Assembly (NCBI GenBank): GCA_016748015.1
Contig: JAAOMT010000128.1
Location: 1,433,538-1,497,537 of the forward strand
DNA from: Geosiphon pyriformis uo1
Lineage: Eukaryota > Fungi > Glomeromycota
DNA: 64,000 nt
Direction of reading: 5' to 3'
Below, piece by piece: positions 36,983-50,435 of the stretch (within the stretch, counting starts at the first letter, position 1; the number at the start of each line of letters is the position of its first letter). A program made the translations under genes and the position numbers. Under the pieces are notes generated by a model. It saw only the letters and a program-made list of their open reading frames with translations, did not search any database and was not told where the DNA came from.

Positions 36983-38371
36983 TTAAGTGTTCAAGTTGGG
37001 AGATTGTTCAATGACAACTATTGGTTCTAATTTTCGGAGAATATTTTCGGAATTGATTAAAAGGGAATGTGTACCAATTTGTGGAATTAATGGTTCAGGA
37101 TTGTTTCTGGAATTATAGTGTTTTAAACAATCTCCATATGCAACTTTTGTTAGGATTTTGTCATCAAGTCTTAGCTTGTATGATCCGTTGCCTAGGACTT
37201 TATGGATAAAGAATGGTCCATCTCATTTATTTTCAAATTTTCCACTCCATTGTTTTTTAGCTTTAGTTCTGTGTAAGAGAACTTTGTTTCCGATTTTAAA
37301 TTCATTGGTAACTGGAGGCAATTTGTCATCATGCTGTTCTTTTTGTTAAGCTTGGGAGTGTTTAATATGAGTGGCTGCTATTCATTATTTTTCTTCCAAC
37401 ATGCTAAACAGAGTTTAGACTCTTTGTTGTAGTGTTTCCTGGAAATTGTTTTTATTAATTGGTTGTGTTGGGTATGTTTTCACAGTAAAACTAATTGGTA
37501 ATGTTGCTGTCCTTCCATAAGTTAAATCAAATAGTGTGTGTTTTGTGATATCTTGTTTTAGTGTTCTATATGCCAGTAACACTGATGAAATAAAGAGATT
37601 CCATTCTTGCTTAAAATCAGTTAAGACTTTGGCTAATGATTCACACAATGTCCTGTTGAAACGTTCTACAAGTCCATTTGTTTGTGGATGGTAGAGCAAA
37701 GATAATGGTCTCTTAACATTAAATCGTCCACAAATTTCCTGGATTAAATTGTTCATGAAATGTGTTCTTTGATTAAATAAAAGTTCTATTGAACATTTAT
37801 ATCTACAAATGATGTCTTCATAGATGAAGTTTGCTACTGATTTCGTATTTGCTCGTTAAATGGCTCTGGCTTCAGGCCATTTGGTGAAATAGTCTACAGC
37901 TATTGCAATATAATGGTTTCCTTGGTTTGTGATAGGGAGTGGTCTGACTAAATTGATACCAACTCGGTCAAATGGCTGTCCAACTTTGATTGGGTTTAAA
38001 GGTTCTGTAGGGCAAGTTCCTTTTCTTCTTTGACAACTATCACAAAACTTAACATATTCATGAATGTCTTTTCTCATTTGAGGCCAAAAATAATATGCTA
38101 GTGTTCTTTGGGTGGTACTGTCTTTTTTTAGGTGTGCTGATAAAAAGTCTGAATGCATGTTATATAAAATAGTTTTTTTTTCATGTTCTTGTATTAATCT
38201 GAATGGATTGTCTGGGTTTCTGAAGTTTTGATAATAAATAATGTTATTGTGTAAGAAGTATTGTTTGGCTTGTTGTTGTAACCAATGTTTTTTATCTGGG
38301 GACCAATCTGTTGGGATTGTTAATGTCTCCAGATATTGTTTTTTAAGATTGTTGTAGTTTTCAGAGTTCAT
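36983..38371 (-). pseudogene. Element E integrase (own ATG at 38371)
   Basis: ORFs 37856-38371 (HHCC, 'PFDRVGI.LV') and 37415-37756. Confidence 0.9.
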
Positions 38372-38417
38372 TGGTTGTTGTTTTGTTGTTAATTCAAATG
38401 GGTGTTGTTTTTATGTT

Positions 38418-39560
38418 CTAATCTTGCCTTATTCTTGAGAGACAATCAACATTGGTGTGGAGTTTTCCTGGTTTGTAATATACAATGTATTGGTAGTTGG
38501 CTAAAAATTCTGTCTATTAGGTTTGTTTGGCATTTAGCTGAGTGTTTTTGTTTTAAAGCCATTTGAGTCCAATATTATCAGTAATAATATCAAATTCTTT
38601 GGGTCTGAGATAAAGGTTGAAGTAATATAAGGCCCAGATTACTGCTGCAGTTTCTAATTCTGTTGCAGGGTAGTTCTTTTCAGCTGGCTTCAATGTTCTG
38701 CTAGCATAAGCAATTACTCACTCATTTCCATTGTCATCTAACTATGATAGGATGGCACCAAAAGCAGTATAAGAGGCATCTGTTGCTAACTGGAATTGGT
38801 TGCTGAAATCTGAATAGACGAGAATTGGAGCTGTGGTTAGTTTTTCTTTGAGGATTTCAAATGCATTTTGGTGTTCAGCAGTCTATTTGTATTTGACGTT
38901 TTTGGTAATAAGCTGGTTGAGAGATTTTGCAATTTCTGAGAATTCTTTGATAAACTTCTGATAGTAGAAGGCTAACCTTATGAATCTTCTTAATTCTGTA
39001 GTGTTTTGAAAAGTTTTGAAGTTTTTGACAGTGCTGATTTTTCCAGGGTCTGGTTTGATTCTATCTTTACTAACAATGTGACCAAAAAAGGCCAAGCTTG
39101 TTTTTCCAAAGAAGTCCTTTGTACACAATATTCATTAATCTTTGAAATGTTGCTGGTGCATTGCATAATCCGAAAGGCATTACATTGAATTCGTAGTTTC
39201 TTCCTTGGGTTGTGAAGGCTGTTTTGGGACAATCTTCGGGATTCATGGCAACTTGCTAGTATCTGCTTTTTAGATCTAGTATTCAAAAGTATTTGGATTT
39301 TCTAAGAGCATCTAACATGTTATCAATTCAGGGAAGAGGGTAGGCATCTTCCATGATGACGCTGTTGAGTTGTCGATAATCAACACAAAATCGTATCTTT
39401 CCATTTTTTTTCTTAACTAGGACCACAGGCGAGACCCATGGACTCATTGATGGTTGAATAAGCCTATTGTTAAGCATCCATTGTATTTCTTCTCAGATAA
39501 ATTGGTGACTTTCTGGAGCAACTTAGTAGGCTTGTTGTCACTTTGGTTTGGCATCTTCTG
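38418..39560 (-). pseudogene. Element E RT + RNase H (YLDD segment deleted), ending at TAG 38418-38420
   Basis: Colinear with B 11990-13254 except for a deletion at ~39110. Confidence 0.88.
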
Positions 39561-41118
39561 TATAGATTTGGTGTTGAACCAAATCAGTTCTTCCTAAGTC
39601 ATTGTTGTTTTCAGCAAAGATATTGGCAAATTCTGCAATTAGCTCTTTAAGCTGGTTTTGTTGTTGTGGTTCAAGTTGTCTCATGTTGATTTGAGATAGT
39701 TTTTCTATAACAACATGGTAGTTTTCAGAGCTGGTGTTTGGGTTGATTTTTGGTAGTAAATGTCCAATAATTTTAGAAAAATCAGGGATTGTTTGGGGTA
39801 ATTCTTGTTGAAAGATATTACTGTGAATAACTCCAATTTCTAAGTTATTTAATAAAACTATGGGGAAATTGTTGGGATTGTAAAAAGTAACTCGGATTTT
39901 TTTTGTTCCTTCTGGAATATAAATGTTTGGGATTGAGATATTATATTCCAAGCAGATTTGTTTGTTGGACTCAAAAATTTGTTGTATGGTTGTTGGCTTT
40001 TCACAAGTGTAAATTTCAGAGTGTTCTCCAAAGGGTAAAATGGTAATTGGTTGTAGAAGTTGTAAAATCTGGTGAGATTCTTTCTGTTTGTTGAGGACTA
40101 TGTTTATTGAAACTGTGAATCGTTCAGTTGAACCAAAACCTTGGGTTCCTCTTTTACTTTTTCCTAATAGTTCTCTTTGATTGACTAATTGTAAACCCAA
40201 AATGTTGATTAAGGGTAAATAAATGGCTTGGGCAATTTTCTTAGCATGTTCAATCTTAAACGGCTTGTTAGTTTTATTTTGGAGTATTACTGTTATGTTA
40301 CCAATATATTTAGCATCGATTATTCCTCCTCTAACATTGATTCCTTTGCTTGCCAGAGAGAACCAGAAGGCGATTTGAACCATTGCTCCTGGCGGAATTT
40401 CGAAAGCAATTTTGAGGTTGATTTTTGTAAGAGATTTGGGTTTGAAAATGAGAGTATCCTTGTCTGGATATCTTAGGTCATATCCAGCATCAATTTTATG
40501 TGCTTTTTTGGGTTTTATTTCTTGTCCATTGTTGTTGAAGTATTTGAGTTGTAAGACAGACTGGTTTTTGATGAGATAGATGGGTGTTGCTTCAATTTCT
40601 TCTGTTGCTTCAAATTCTCCAAATTCAATTTCATTCTCATCATTTTTACTGGGCAGAGAAATGCTAAGAGCATAACATTCAGGACACCACTGTTCATCAC
40701 AAGGCATAATGCATTTTTCATATAGTCTAATGTTTATTTGTTCTAATCGTTGAATTTGAGCTTCTTGGGTTGGGTAAGTGTGACTTGCAATTTGGTGGTA
40801 GACTTCTATTTCATCTTCGTAATCAAATTCAGCTAATTTCATGGTGTATTTAATGTATTCTGCTTCTTTCATTTGACAGACATCTTCTTTGGTAGCTCCA
40901 TTAATTAATGCTATTGCTAAGTCGAAAATCATCTCAGCATCATGGGAATAGTGATAAAGTTTGTTGAGAGCACTGTTGTATGCCACATTAAAAGGTGTTC
41001 CTCTTTTTACTTTTTCTGAAATTGATAAAGCATATTGGCAGATCTGATTACAGACTCCTCCTCTCATTGCTACATCAATCCAATTGTATTCTTCTGGTAG
41101 CATATCTCCACAAGTCAA
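39538..41118 (-). pseudogene. dut: Element E pol segment: Cys-rich domain + dUTPase (~40120-40540) + linker
   Basis: 526-aa ORF with 'DAGYDL', 'GGIIDAKYIGNI', 'KIAQAI', 'RGTQGFGST'. Confidence 0.9.
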
Positions 41119-41499
41119 ACAAGGGGTGTTATCCCATTTTCTACTTCTTTTTATTAAATGGCCCTATTGTTTTCTGTGGCAAGCCTTGCAGTAATAACAA
41201 GTATGATTTTCATATTCTTCTTCAAATGAAATGCAGGCTCCCATTGAGGAGAGTTTCTTGTGGCAGTCCTTGCATTTGAGTAAAATGTAGGGGCGTTGTT
41301 TTTGTGGTTCTGGTTTTGAATAGGAGACATTCTATCTGGTTGTCACTGGTTCTTTTGTTTCAAGAGAATCATTTGTTGAAAAGTACTGTTGTTCAGTTTC
41401 ATCGGCCCAATTGGAGGTTAATCCAAGTGCCATAAATGTTTCAATGATGGGCTTTTCTTCTTCCAGTTCGAATTCAAAAGCCGGGGCTTTTTTGGAGCG

Positions 41500-41900
41500 T
41501 TTGTTGAATATACCACAAGTGGCAGGTATCCAGGCATGTTGTCCTTGGTAGGAGATTGTTAACTCTTGTGTCTCCCAATTCAGATTAGCATTGGCTTTTT
41601 GAAGCCAATCATTTCTGATGAGAGCTTGGTACTGGGGCATGTCCATTACAAGAACTTTGACTGGAATAATAATTCCATCAAGAGTGAATAGAAAATTGTC
41701 AATTTCTCCTACTGAAGTCTTTTTCATACCATCAGCAGTAACAATTACTGTTTAAGCTGGTCAGTCGACATTTCTCTTTAACTGTTGTATTAACTGGTAG
41801 GTAATGATGCTTCCGGTGGATCCACTGTTTAGGATCAAGTGAATTGTCTTTCTTTCAACTTCTGCTTTAGTGTACATAGCAGTGATTGCTTTTTGTTTAT
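41500..41900 (-). pseudogene. Element E protease
   Basis: 'LILNSGSTGSII' at ~41805-41840, plus ORF 41332-41727. Confidence 0.82.
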
Positions 41901-41949
41901 TGGCGGCCACATTGCTAAGCAGGAATGGTGACTTATTTGCTTCAAACTT

Positions 41950-43914
41950 AAAAGAGAATATGTTTGAAAGGTTGGCGTTTTCAGCAATTCTGGCTGGTGG
42001 GATTGTGGTAGGAGTATAGGAAGGGTTTTGTTGTTGTGCTGCAGCTTTACTTTCCGAGAGTGCAGTATGGTGAAAATCCTGTTCTTCAGGTATTGTAAGA
42101 TAGCTAGGTTGAGTATGATAATAGGTGGGTCTTGGCTGAGCTGAATTTCAGGAAACTAATTGGTTATTCGAATTGATTCTATTGTTGTTTACTTGGTATC
42201 AGTTTTGTGGTATAAATTGATTTTGTGGGATTAATCTTCGAGCAGGCACTTGATAATATTGTGTAGATGGTTGTTGGTATTGCTGTTGGATTGGCTGTGA
42301 GACAGACTGATAATAGTTACTTTGATATTGGGGTCTTGGTAGATAGTAAGCTGGTGGTAGTAGTTGATAATAAGATTGCTGTGGTAGAGAGTAACATTGA
42401 TTACTCCTATTTTGTTGGTCTTATTGTAGCTTTCTGCAATCTCTTTTCCAGTGGCCAAGAATTCTACAGTAATGGCAACTCTGAGGCTGGTTATTAGAGA
42501 GTGATGTGAAGTTGTTTTGATTCTGTCTTTGAGGTGGTTGATATCTTTGGGGTTGCTGTTGTTGTTGGTTGGTAAAATAGTTTTTGACTTTTTTTGCGAG
42601 TTGGTCAATTTTTTCTTCAGCTGCTGAGCTGGTTTCTTCAATGGCTAAGTTCATGAGTTTTGTATGATTGGCTTCTTTCATGGTCATTTCATATCTCTTT
42701 GCATGCTGAATGGCAGAGTTTAAATCTTCTGGGGCATGTGAGTGAACTTTTTTAATCAGTTTATTCTTTAAACCAGCGATAAATTGATCCAAAATTTGAG
42801 TATCGGAATAATAATCATTAGTTTCAAGTTGGCGAATTTGTCTGAAAAGTTTGTTGAATTTCCCAATATAAGTCATAACAGATTCGGAGGGTTCTTGTTT
42901 AATATTGCAAAAATGATTTTAAAGAGTGATTGAGGTGTTGTTATCGGTGAATTGTTTTAAGAAGGCTGTTTTAAAAGCTGTTCAGTTATTAAAAGAGGTG
43001 GTCAAGTTTTCAAACCATTTGTCTGCTGTTCCTTTAAGAAAGTAGAGAATTGTTCTTAACATTCTGGCAGCATTCCATCTATTTACATCTCCAGCTTTAG
43101 TAATTTGGTCAAGCCATTCTTGGGGACTGGTCTCAATGTCTTCTCTATTGAATTCAGGGATTTTTGCAATGTATGCTGTCATTTTGTCTTCTTTGTTTTT
43201 ACTGTTTATTGATTCTTCTTCAGATATTTCAGAGTCATTTTCTTCATTCGCTGCTGTCTCAGAGTGTTTACTTTGATTTTCAGCTAGAAAGTCAAGGAAA
43301 TTGGAACTAGTTTGAAGGAGTTCTTGTTGTCTGGTGAGACTTCTGAGTGATGTAAAATTTTCTAGTCTTGTAAATCAATTTAAGGGTGAATTAGGTGTTT
43401 GTGCTTGTGCAAGTGAAGCTGGAAAAGGTGTGATAGTAAGTAGAAGTTTTGAACTGGTTCCTTGTTCAGGTGTTTGTAAGTGTTTGGCAGTTGTTTTTAG
43501 TAGTATTGGGGTATTTGGGGTGGTTTTTGAGTATTGCTTCAATTTTTGTTTGCCTTTGTTGCTTGTTTCTGTTTTTGATTCAAAATCAATGAAGTATTAA
43601 GACTGCACTGGATATGTTTTTTCACAGTACTTGATAATATTAAAATTTAGTTCTTGAAAGTAAGTGGCAAGTGTTTTACTGTTAAGGTCTTTAGTTTCCA
43701 ATTGTGAATAGTGTACTAAATTATTGTAAAGGTTGCTTCTAATTTCTGAAATATTGTAATTTCCAAAAAGATAATTGTTGATGTGGTTTTCAATGTATTG
43801 ATATACTAATTTCTTGACAACTTCAATTCCGTCTAGAATGTTGAATCTTTGCTTGCAGTGGGTGTAAATTGATTGGTAATACTCTAGAGTTGTTGCATCT
43901 GGTGTGGTTGCCAC
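41950..43914 (-). pseudogene. gag: Element E gag
   Basis: ORFs 43597-43914, 42982-43182 and 42421-42876 ('CHYCRILGHWKRDC'). Confidence 0.85.
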
Positions 43915-43958
43915 TTTGAAGTTGTTTTGCTGTGTTGTTTCTGTGGGAGAGCACCAAA

Positions 43959-44937
43959 TGTTACTGGAGGTTTTTGGTCTCTTCTTAGCTCTTATATGTT
44001 TGTTGTAATGCTGTTAATTCACGATTATGGGAAGTGTTTGAACCTCTGATAACTGAATTTATCTTCAAATTATCTCCTATAATTTGAACTGCTGGGCTTA
44101 TAAGTGGAATGGCCAATTCCGTGCCAGTTACTTTGTATAGTTACATTGTAGTAAACATCAACTCTTTCCCAGGAATTGCTCATCTGGAAGCTCACTAAAA
44201 ATGTGTAGTTACTTTGCTGTGAAAGTCAATTCTTCTACAGGAATCTCATCTGTAGACTACCCTAATAATTGTAATAAGAAAATAAAAGAAAAATAAAAGA
44301 AATGTAAAAGAAATAGAATTTTATCAAGGGAAACGTTTTCTATCCAGGCCTGGAGTCACTAACAGTTTACTGAAATTGGTAGCTAATCAATTTCAAAACA
44401 TTAGTTGGGTTTTGGGGATTTTTCAAGTACAATAATTAAAGAATTTGGTTTTTCAAATTATTTAATATTTATTTTTTTTTGTGTGTATAGGAATGGTTTT
44501 AAGTGATAAATCTAAAGTAAGATACATTTTCTCAAAGAGAAAAGCTCTTCTTTTATACAATTTGTTGTAACACTATTCTATGAACTTGAACTTTGCTCTT
44601 TTCTACAATTTCGCTGAACTAAAGATATATTTTGGCAAACTACACATTATTTCTGCGAACTATTAGATATTTCGGTGAACTATCAATTATTTCAGCAAAT
44701 TTCTACAAATTTCGGTGAACTTTTGAATGTTATATATTTTGGGGTATTGCATGATTAATCATCATACTTAGGTTATATTTGTTTTATGTACAAATTGGGT
44801 TATTAATTAAATGATAATTTTGGACATTTTTCTAATGTAATAAGTGATAATTTGAAACGATAATATATGCTAATTAATGATAAGATTTATAAGGGTAATT
44901 TTATGCTAAACAATATCTCTAATTTTGTCTGGTAACA
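43959..44937 (-). repeat. Element E 5' LTR
   Basis: Adjacent PBS (reverse complement 'ttctgtgggagagcacca', 43939-43956). Confidence 0.92.
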
Positions 44938-45253
44938 CCATAATCAAGAGCTATTGTTTCAGTGGGTTTAAGTATCAATTACTATCAACATAGAGAGTTG
45001 ATAATAAAGAGTGGATTTGAGATAATAAATAAGTTTTTATTGATATTTGTGATATAGAAAGTTGTTTAGATCAAATCTAAACTCAGAGGTCTGTTTTTTT
45101 CTTCTTCTAATGCTACTGCTATATATACATAATTGAGATTCCTCAATTTCTTAATTTTTCACACCAGGAATCCTGGAATTCCACATTTGCTACAGCTACT
45201 TCTAATTGGCTAATTTTATATGCTAATATACTTTCTATATTTTATGAGTAATA

Positions 45254-48200
45254 ATATGTATACAAGATAATTAAGATCTTGAATCATTTTCTTTTTATTT
45301 GTTTATTATTTAGCAATAAGTTTTTGGTTATGATTTTGGGTTTTTATGCTAAAGTTTCAGCTAACATGTGGTTTAATTAGGCTTATAATATAAATGCTTG
45401 TATTGCCAAAACTGTTAATTCAAGTTTTTATGTAATATTAAGAAGTAATTTCAATGAAAATAGTGTGGGATAAAATACAAGCTTTAAGAAATATTTTAAT
45501 ATGGGTTTGCACAACTCTCTGACTGGTAATTTGGTCATTTAACTTCTGACATAATACAATTTAAGGGGTGTGAAAAAGACTATTGATTATATTTTTGTTA
45601 GTAAATATTTGTTAATATTTGTGGTCAGATAAAAAGTTAATGGAGTTTCTGATTTTTTTGATATTGATTATTTGGCTGTCATAGTTTTTTTTAGTTTAGG
45701 AGATTTTCTAAACAAGCATCTTGATATTGTCTAAAGACATACTAACAAAATCATTGGAAGTTTGATTTCAAAAATGCAGATGTTTCTAAGTAGACAGAAT
45801 TTAAAAATTGCTTATCTAAGAGAATGCTTTGCATAATTGTCAGCTTCCATGTTATGATAGAACAAAACAATTTAAATATAATATAAAATCTCTTAAAGAT
45901 AATAATAGTTAAGTTAATAGACAGAATCTTCTTAAAAAAATAGTTTAGAAATTTTAGTGATTTTAGAAACAAGCAGTTTTTTAAATTCCACAAGATAAAA
46001 GTTTTGGTTTTAAAGATCATTAAGACATTTTTTTCAGACAATGCCATTGGGTTTGATGATTTCAGAAAGATTTGGTTAAGATTGAATACTGGTAATTCTG
46101 CTGGTTTGTTTGTTTTAGTAGAAGATAAGACTAAAAGTAAAAAAGTTTTTTTTTATTAATTAAAAATCAAAAAAAAATATCAGGTATTTAAATATTAAAA
46201 ATCTAAAACAGTTAAGATAACTGCAATTAGAGATGTAATTAATAAAAAAATAGAAGACTTTTGTACAAACAAAAGTTGTATAATTAGAAGTATTTTGAAG
46301 AAGCTTTTTTAGAAAGTAATTTTAGATTATCTGATAATAGGTGAAAATTTGGTTTTAGAATCTAAAAAAGTGAAAAACAGGATAAATAAAATAATAAAGG
46401 CTGAACTAAGAAGAAATTAATAGCCAAAAAGGTGTTAGCTTTGTGGTTTCAACAATATATGTCTTTGAATTGTGTTAAAAATAGAACTTTTTCTAATATT
46501 ATAAAACAAATCAGCTTTAAAGAGTTAACACAAACTGTAAAGAGTTTATTTGATAACAAGACTGTTGATTTGTTTGGTATCTTAAATAAATTGTAGAAGC
46601 ATTATTGTTCAGAGGTTATGGGATGTTTTTTGGTTTTTTTAAATTGCTGTTTAAAGATTGGTATAGTTTTTGCTATATAAAAGAGGACTTGAGTTTCTAT
46701 GATTCCAAAACCTTATAACTGAAACAATTTGTTAACCAATATTAAACCAATAGCATTAATAGAAACAGTTAAAAAAATTTTATCAAAAATTCTTTCAAAT
46801 TAAATTTTTTATGTGTGTAATAAATCTGGTATTTTCTAAAGAAACAATTTTTTAGTATTAAAAAGTATATCAACTTGTTTTTTAGTATTTGCAGTTGAAT
46901 CAATTATTAAGAATGTTTTGAAAAAAAACAAAAAATTGTGGCTGGTTTTACAAAACATGTATAAAGCATATGATTTAGTTGATTGGTATTATTTAAAAAA
47001 TAGTTTAAGATACATTAAAATGTATAAGTGTTTTATAGAGTTTTTTGGTAACATATATTAAAACAAAGTAAACAAAATTATGATAAATTTTGGTTTCTCA
47101 AAAAACTATTGTTGTTACTCATAAAAATTAAAAATTATAATAATAAGTAAAATAACCAATCAAAAAGAAGTGTAATAAAAAAAAAATTACTGGATTTCAG
47201 AATTCCTGTTAAAAAAATTGAAAAATTTTAAGAAATCTCATATAATATAAATTATATATATATAATAAAAGTATTAAAAGCAAAAAACTTAGACAAAACA
47301 ATAACTAATAATAACTACTTATCTCGTATTTTTTATTTTAAAAAATAGTTTTTTATAACTTAAAGCAAAATTACATTAATATCAATAAAATTATTTATTA
47401 TTATCTAATTCATGTTATCATTACTTAATTAAAGAAATATTAATCACTTTTATACTATCAACACTTTATGTTAATAAAATTTAATATTTAACCACATTAA
47501 ACTAATAGCTCTTAATTATAGCTATTAATAGAATACTAATTTCTTATTTTTTTATTTTTTTTTATTTTGTTTCTTTGTTGTTTATTAATTAATTAAAAAG
47601 ATTAAGCACTAAGTATTTAACATTAAGAATAATCTGGTAAAAAACCTAAGAACAAGAATAGAAAACTTAAAAATAACTTACCAGAAGGGTATAACTATCA
47701 AAATAAACCAGCCATTATATTGGAAAAAAAAATTCACAAAAAAAATCATTAATTGAATTTTTGTTCATTATAGAAAGAACTCAATTAAAACCTTTAGACT
47801 CCAAAATCTTTAGAAATTACCAATATTCTCAGCTATTGAGCACCAAGTTACAAGTTTGTTATTTATTTAAACATCTCAAATAATTATCTGTAATATTATA
47901 TACATAATAAGTTGAATCAAAATAAAGTTTTTTCATTTATTTTTTAGAGGATTTTTTATAACTTTCTTTTGTGTAAGATCAAAAGACATGAAAATTTGTG
48001 TAGATACCAGATTAATATAAAGTTTGTGGCTAAAACTGGCAGATTGAAAAATACAGGAAGAAGGACTTCTTTTTTTATGATTGAAATGTTTATTAATAAT
48101 ACTATTTGGGTAGAAAATGACCAGACTTTAACTTAATACATTTTGAATATTACCAGTAAGTTTTTTAATATTAATAATATTTTAATTAATATTAAAAAGA

Positions 48201-50435
48201 CAGTGGCCATTTTTATTAACTGGAAAGTTAAAGATGTCTTTTTGAAAATCAGCAAAAGTTTTATTTTAATTACAAAAAAGGGTATTTTATACTAATATTT
48301 GGGAATTTTTTTCTCTATTAAAAGTTTCTTTAAACCTAATTTGGCCAAGATCTATACAGATATTAGGTTTTTTACTAATGTGATTTTGAGAAAGGCAATT
48401 TCAGATAAACAGTTTTGTTACTTGGTTTTAACTGTTTTACAGCTTATTATTAGTTATCATATACAATTCAATTTTATTTTAATTAATGTTTACCACAAGT
48501 AAGATATTCTAATTAGAAAGAGTTTCAAGTTAAAAGCTGGTTTGTTAAAAGATTTTTCCAATAAAGCTTTGCACTATTTACTGCTGTATTATTTAAAGAC
48601 TTTTGAACATTTACAAACTAAGGATAAAGTGGCTGTAATGGTTTTGTTTGCTAATTCTGAGAGGATTTTTGGCCAACTCTTTGTTCATCATTTTTTGAAT
48701 CTACAGACTTTAAAATAGACTCTTTTTAACTCTTTGTAACATTTTGTTAAGTTAAAAATCAGTTTTGTAAACAATTTTCTTGTTAACAAACAACTTGCCA
48801 CAAGTGTTTTACAGTCTAAACAAGTTTTTAATGTCTAATATCTTGAATAAAACAGCTTACTACAAGATAGTGACTTTTTTGAGACAATTTAAGGTTTTTT
48901 TTAGGAACAAACTCTTGAACAAACACAGTATTTTAATGTTTTAAAGAACATTTTGCTGCTAAAAAAGACTAAATCCAAAGAGTTTTATTCTATCATAGTT
49001 TATTAATGCTTTTGGTTTCTTAAGCAATATAAGATTGGCTGTTAAAAATAGTGTGAATATTATAAACTCAGTATTTCACAATGTTTTGGATTTGAATGAT
49101 TTTGGATTAATCAAAAATCTTCTGTATAAAGTTTAGGCTAATGTCTTTAAGATATACACAGATAGTTTTCTTAAAAATTTGGACTTATTAGAAATAACTG
49201 AAAAGATGGCTGTTTTCTTTTCAGATGTAGATTTGGATATAAGCATTGGAATTTCTGAGTTAATATTTTCTACAATAGCTGAATTACATACTGTGGCTTT
49301 GGCTTTAGAATATGTGTTTTTTTTTAGTACAATAGTTTTGTATTTGAACAGTTAAATAGCTATTAATGTATGTATTTTGAAACTTGGTTTGTTTAGACCT
49401 AACTTTTGCAATAAATATTGAATAGAAAAACACTATATTACTAATTTGGTAAAGAACAAGAATTTGAGAGTGGTTTGATTAAAAATTAAAGATTATTTAA
49501 GTGTTTTTAATAATATTTAATCTAATAAGCTGGCTGAAACTACTACTTATTTGTCTTTGTTTTTTCTTGTTGAGATTTTAGAACAGTACTTGATGGTTAA
49601 TGATGTGGCTGTTTCTAGTAACATGTGTTATTTTGTTTAAGATATTTATAAGACAATTGCTAATGCACATTGAAAAACAGATTCTGGTACCAGAATTGTG
49701 GCTGACTCTCTTGTTTGTAATGTTAATTGGGTGTAAACAGATTTGGTTTAACACTCCAACTCTTATATGCTTATTGGTTTAACCAACTAGACTATAGTCA
49801 ATCTTAGAACTTATATAATAAAAACTGTTTATAGAAAATTATTAATAACTATTCATAAAAAGTTGTATGATAAATTATACTCAAGTGTTTTTGTGTTTGC
49901 TCTATAGAAAGATGAAGTTTTTAAATCATTCATTTACATGCTTAGAAGACATAAATTGTTGTAAAAAGTTAATAATAAATCACATCAAGTCTTGGTTATC
50001 TTTGACTGTTGAAGAAGTGCTTTTGTTTTTATTTGTGTTAAAATTTCTATATTTATGTTTTTTAAATATTAGGTTTTATATGATGCTTTATAAAAGTTTG
50101 TTATAAAATATTGACTTAAAGATGCTTTGATAATGTTTAATAAGAAAGAAGCAATTTCTGTGTTAGTAATTTTTTTTCATCATTTGGTTGATTCTTATTG
50201 TTAAAAAATATAATTGGTAAAAGCTGAATTTAGATCAAAGATAAAGAAAACTAAAATAATAGGAGATATTAGTATGATGTTTGTGGTAATTAATAAATTG
50301 TGCATGAATTTATTAGATAGAGTAATTTATATTTTGGATATTGTTAAGTCAATGACAGTAAGTTTTAGAAGGCATTTGTCTTGTGCTTTTTTTTCTGGTA
50401 TTAATGATATTTCTTTAGTACATATAAATAAATAG
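45254..50435 (+). pseudogene. LINE-1 ORF2 remainder: APE, RT, RNase H, C-terminal Zn finger (interrupted by solo LTR 47113-47895)
   Basis: Decayed RT motifs 'IKPIALIETVKKILSKIL' (~46741), 'LQNMYKAYDLV' (~46950) and 'FINNTIW' (FVDD, ~48088). RNase H 'IYTDSFLKN' (~49153) and 'AELHTVALALEY'. 'CLLYRKMKFLNHSFTC' at ~49894. Confidence 0.75.
47113..47895 (+). repeat. Old solo LTR, family 1, in LINE-1 RT
   Basis: TGTTACTCA...CTGTAATA termini, homologous to the C/A LTRs. TSD TTGT/TTAT. LINE frame 'KNYC|IHNKLNQ' rejoins across it. Confidence 0.82.

Larger units (their letters stand above)
35207..44937 (-). mobile_element. Full-length Ty3/gypsy element E (family 2), ~9.7 kb
   Basis: LTRs 35207-36172 and 43959-44937. 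Perfect TSD CCAT (35203-35206 / 44938-44941). PPT 36173-36185. PBS 43939-43956. Confidence 0.93.
4169..45253 (-). mobile_element. Ty3/gypsy LTR retrotransposon A (family 1), outermost element of the nest
   Basis: Matching LTRs at 4169-5033 and 34776-45253 (the latter split by E). TSD ACAT (4165-4168) / ATAT (45254-45257). Internal pieces in consistent minus-strand order: gag, PR, Cys-rich, dUTPase, RT ... IN, ORF3. Confidence 0.85.
34776..45253 (-). repeat. Element A 5' LTR in two parts (34776-35206 and 44942-45253), split by element E; decayed PBS at ~34757-34773
   Basis: Both parts are colinear with 4169-5033. The minus strand after the LTR reads 'tttagtgctttttatgaag'. Confidence 0.85.
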
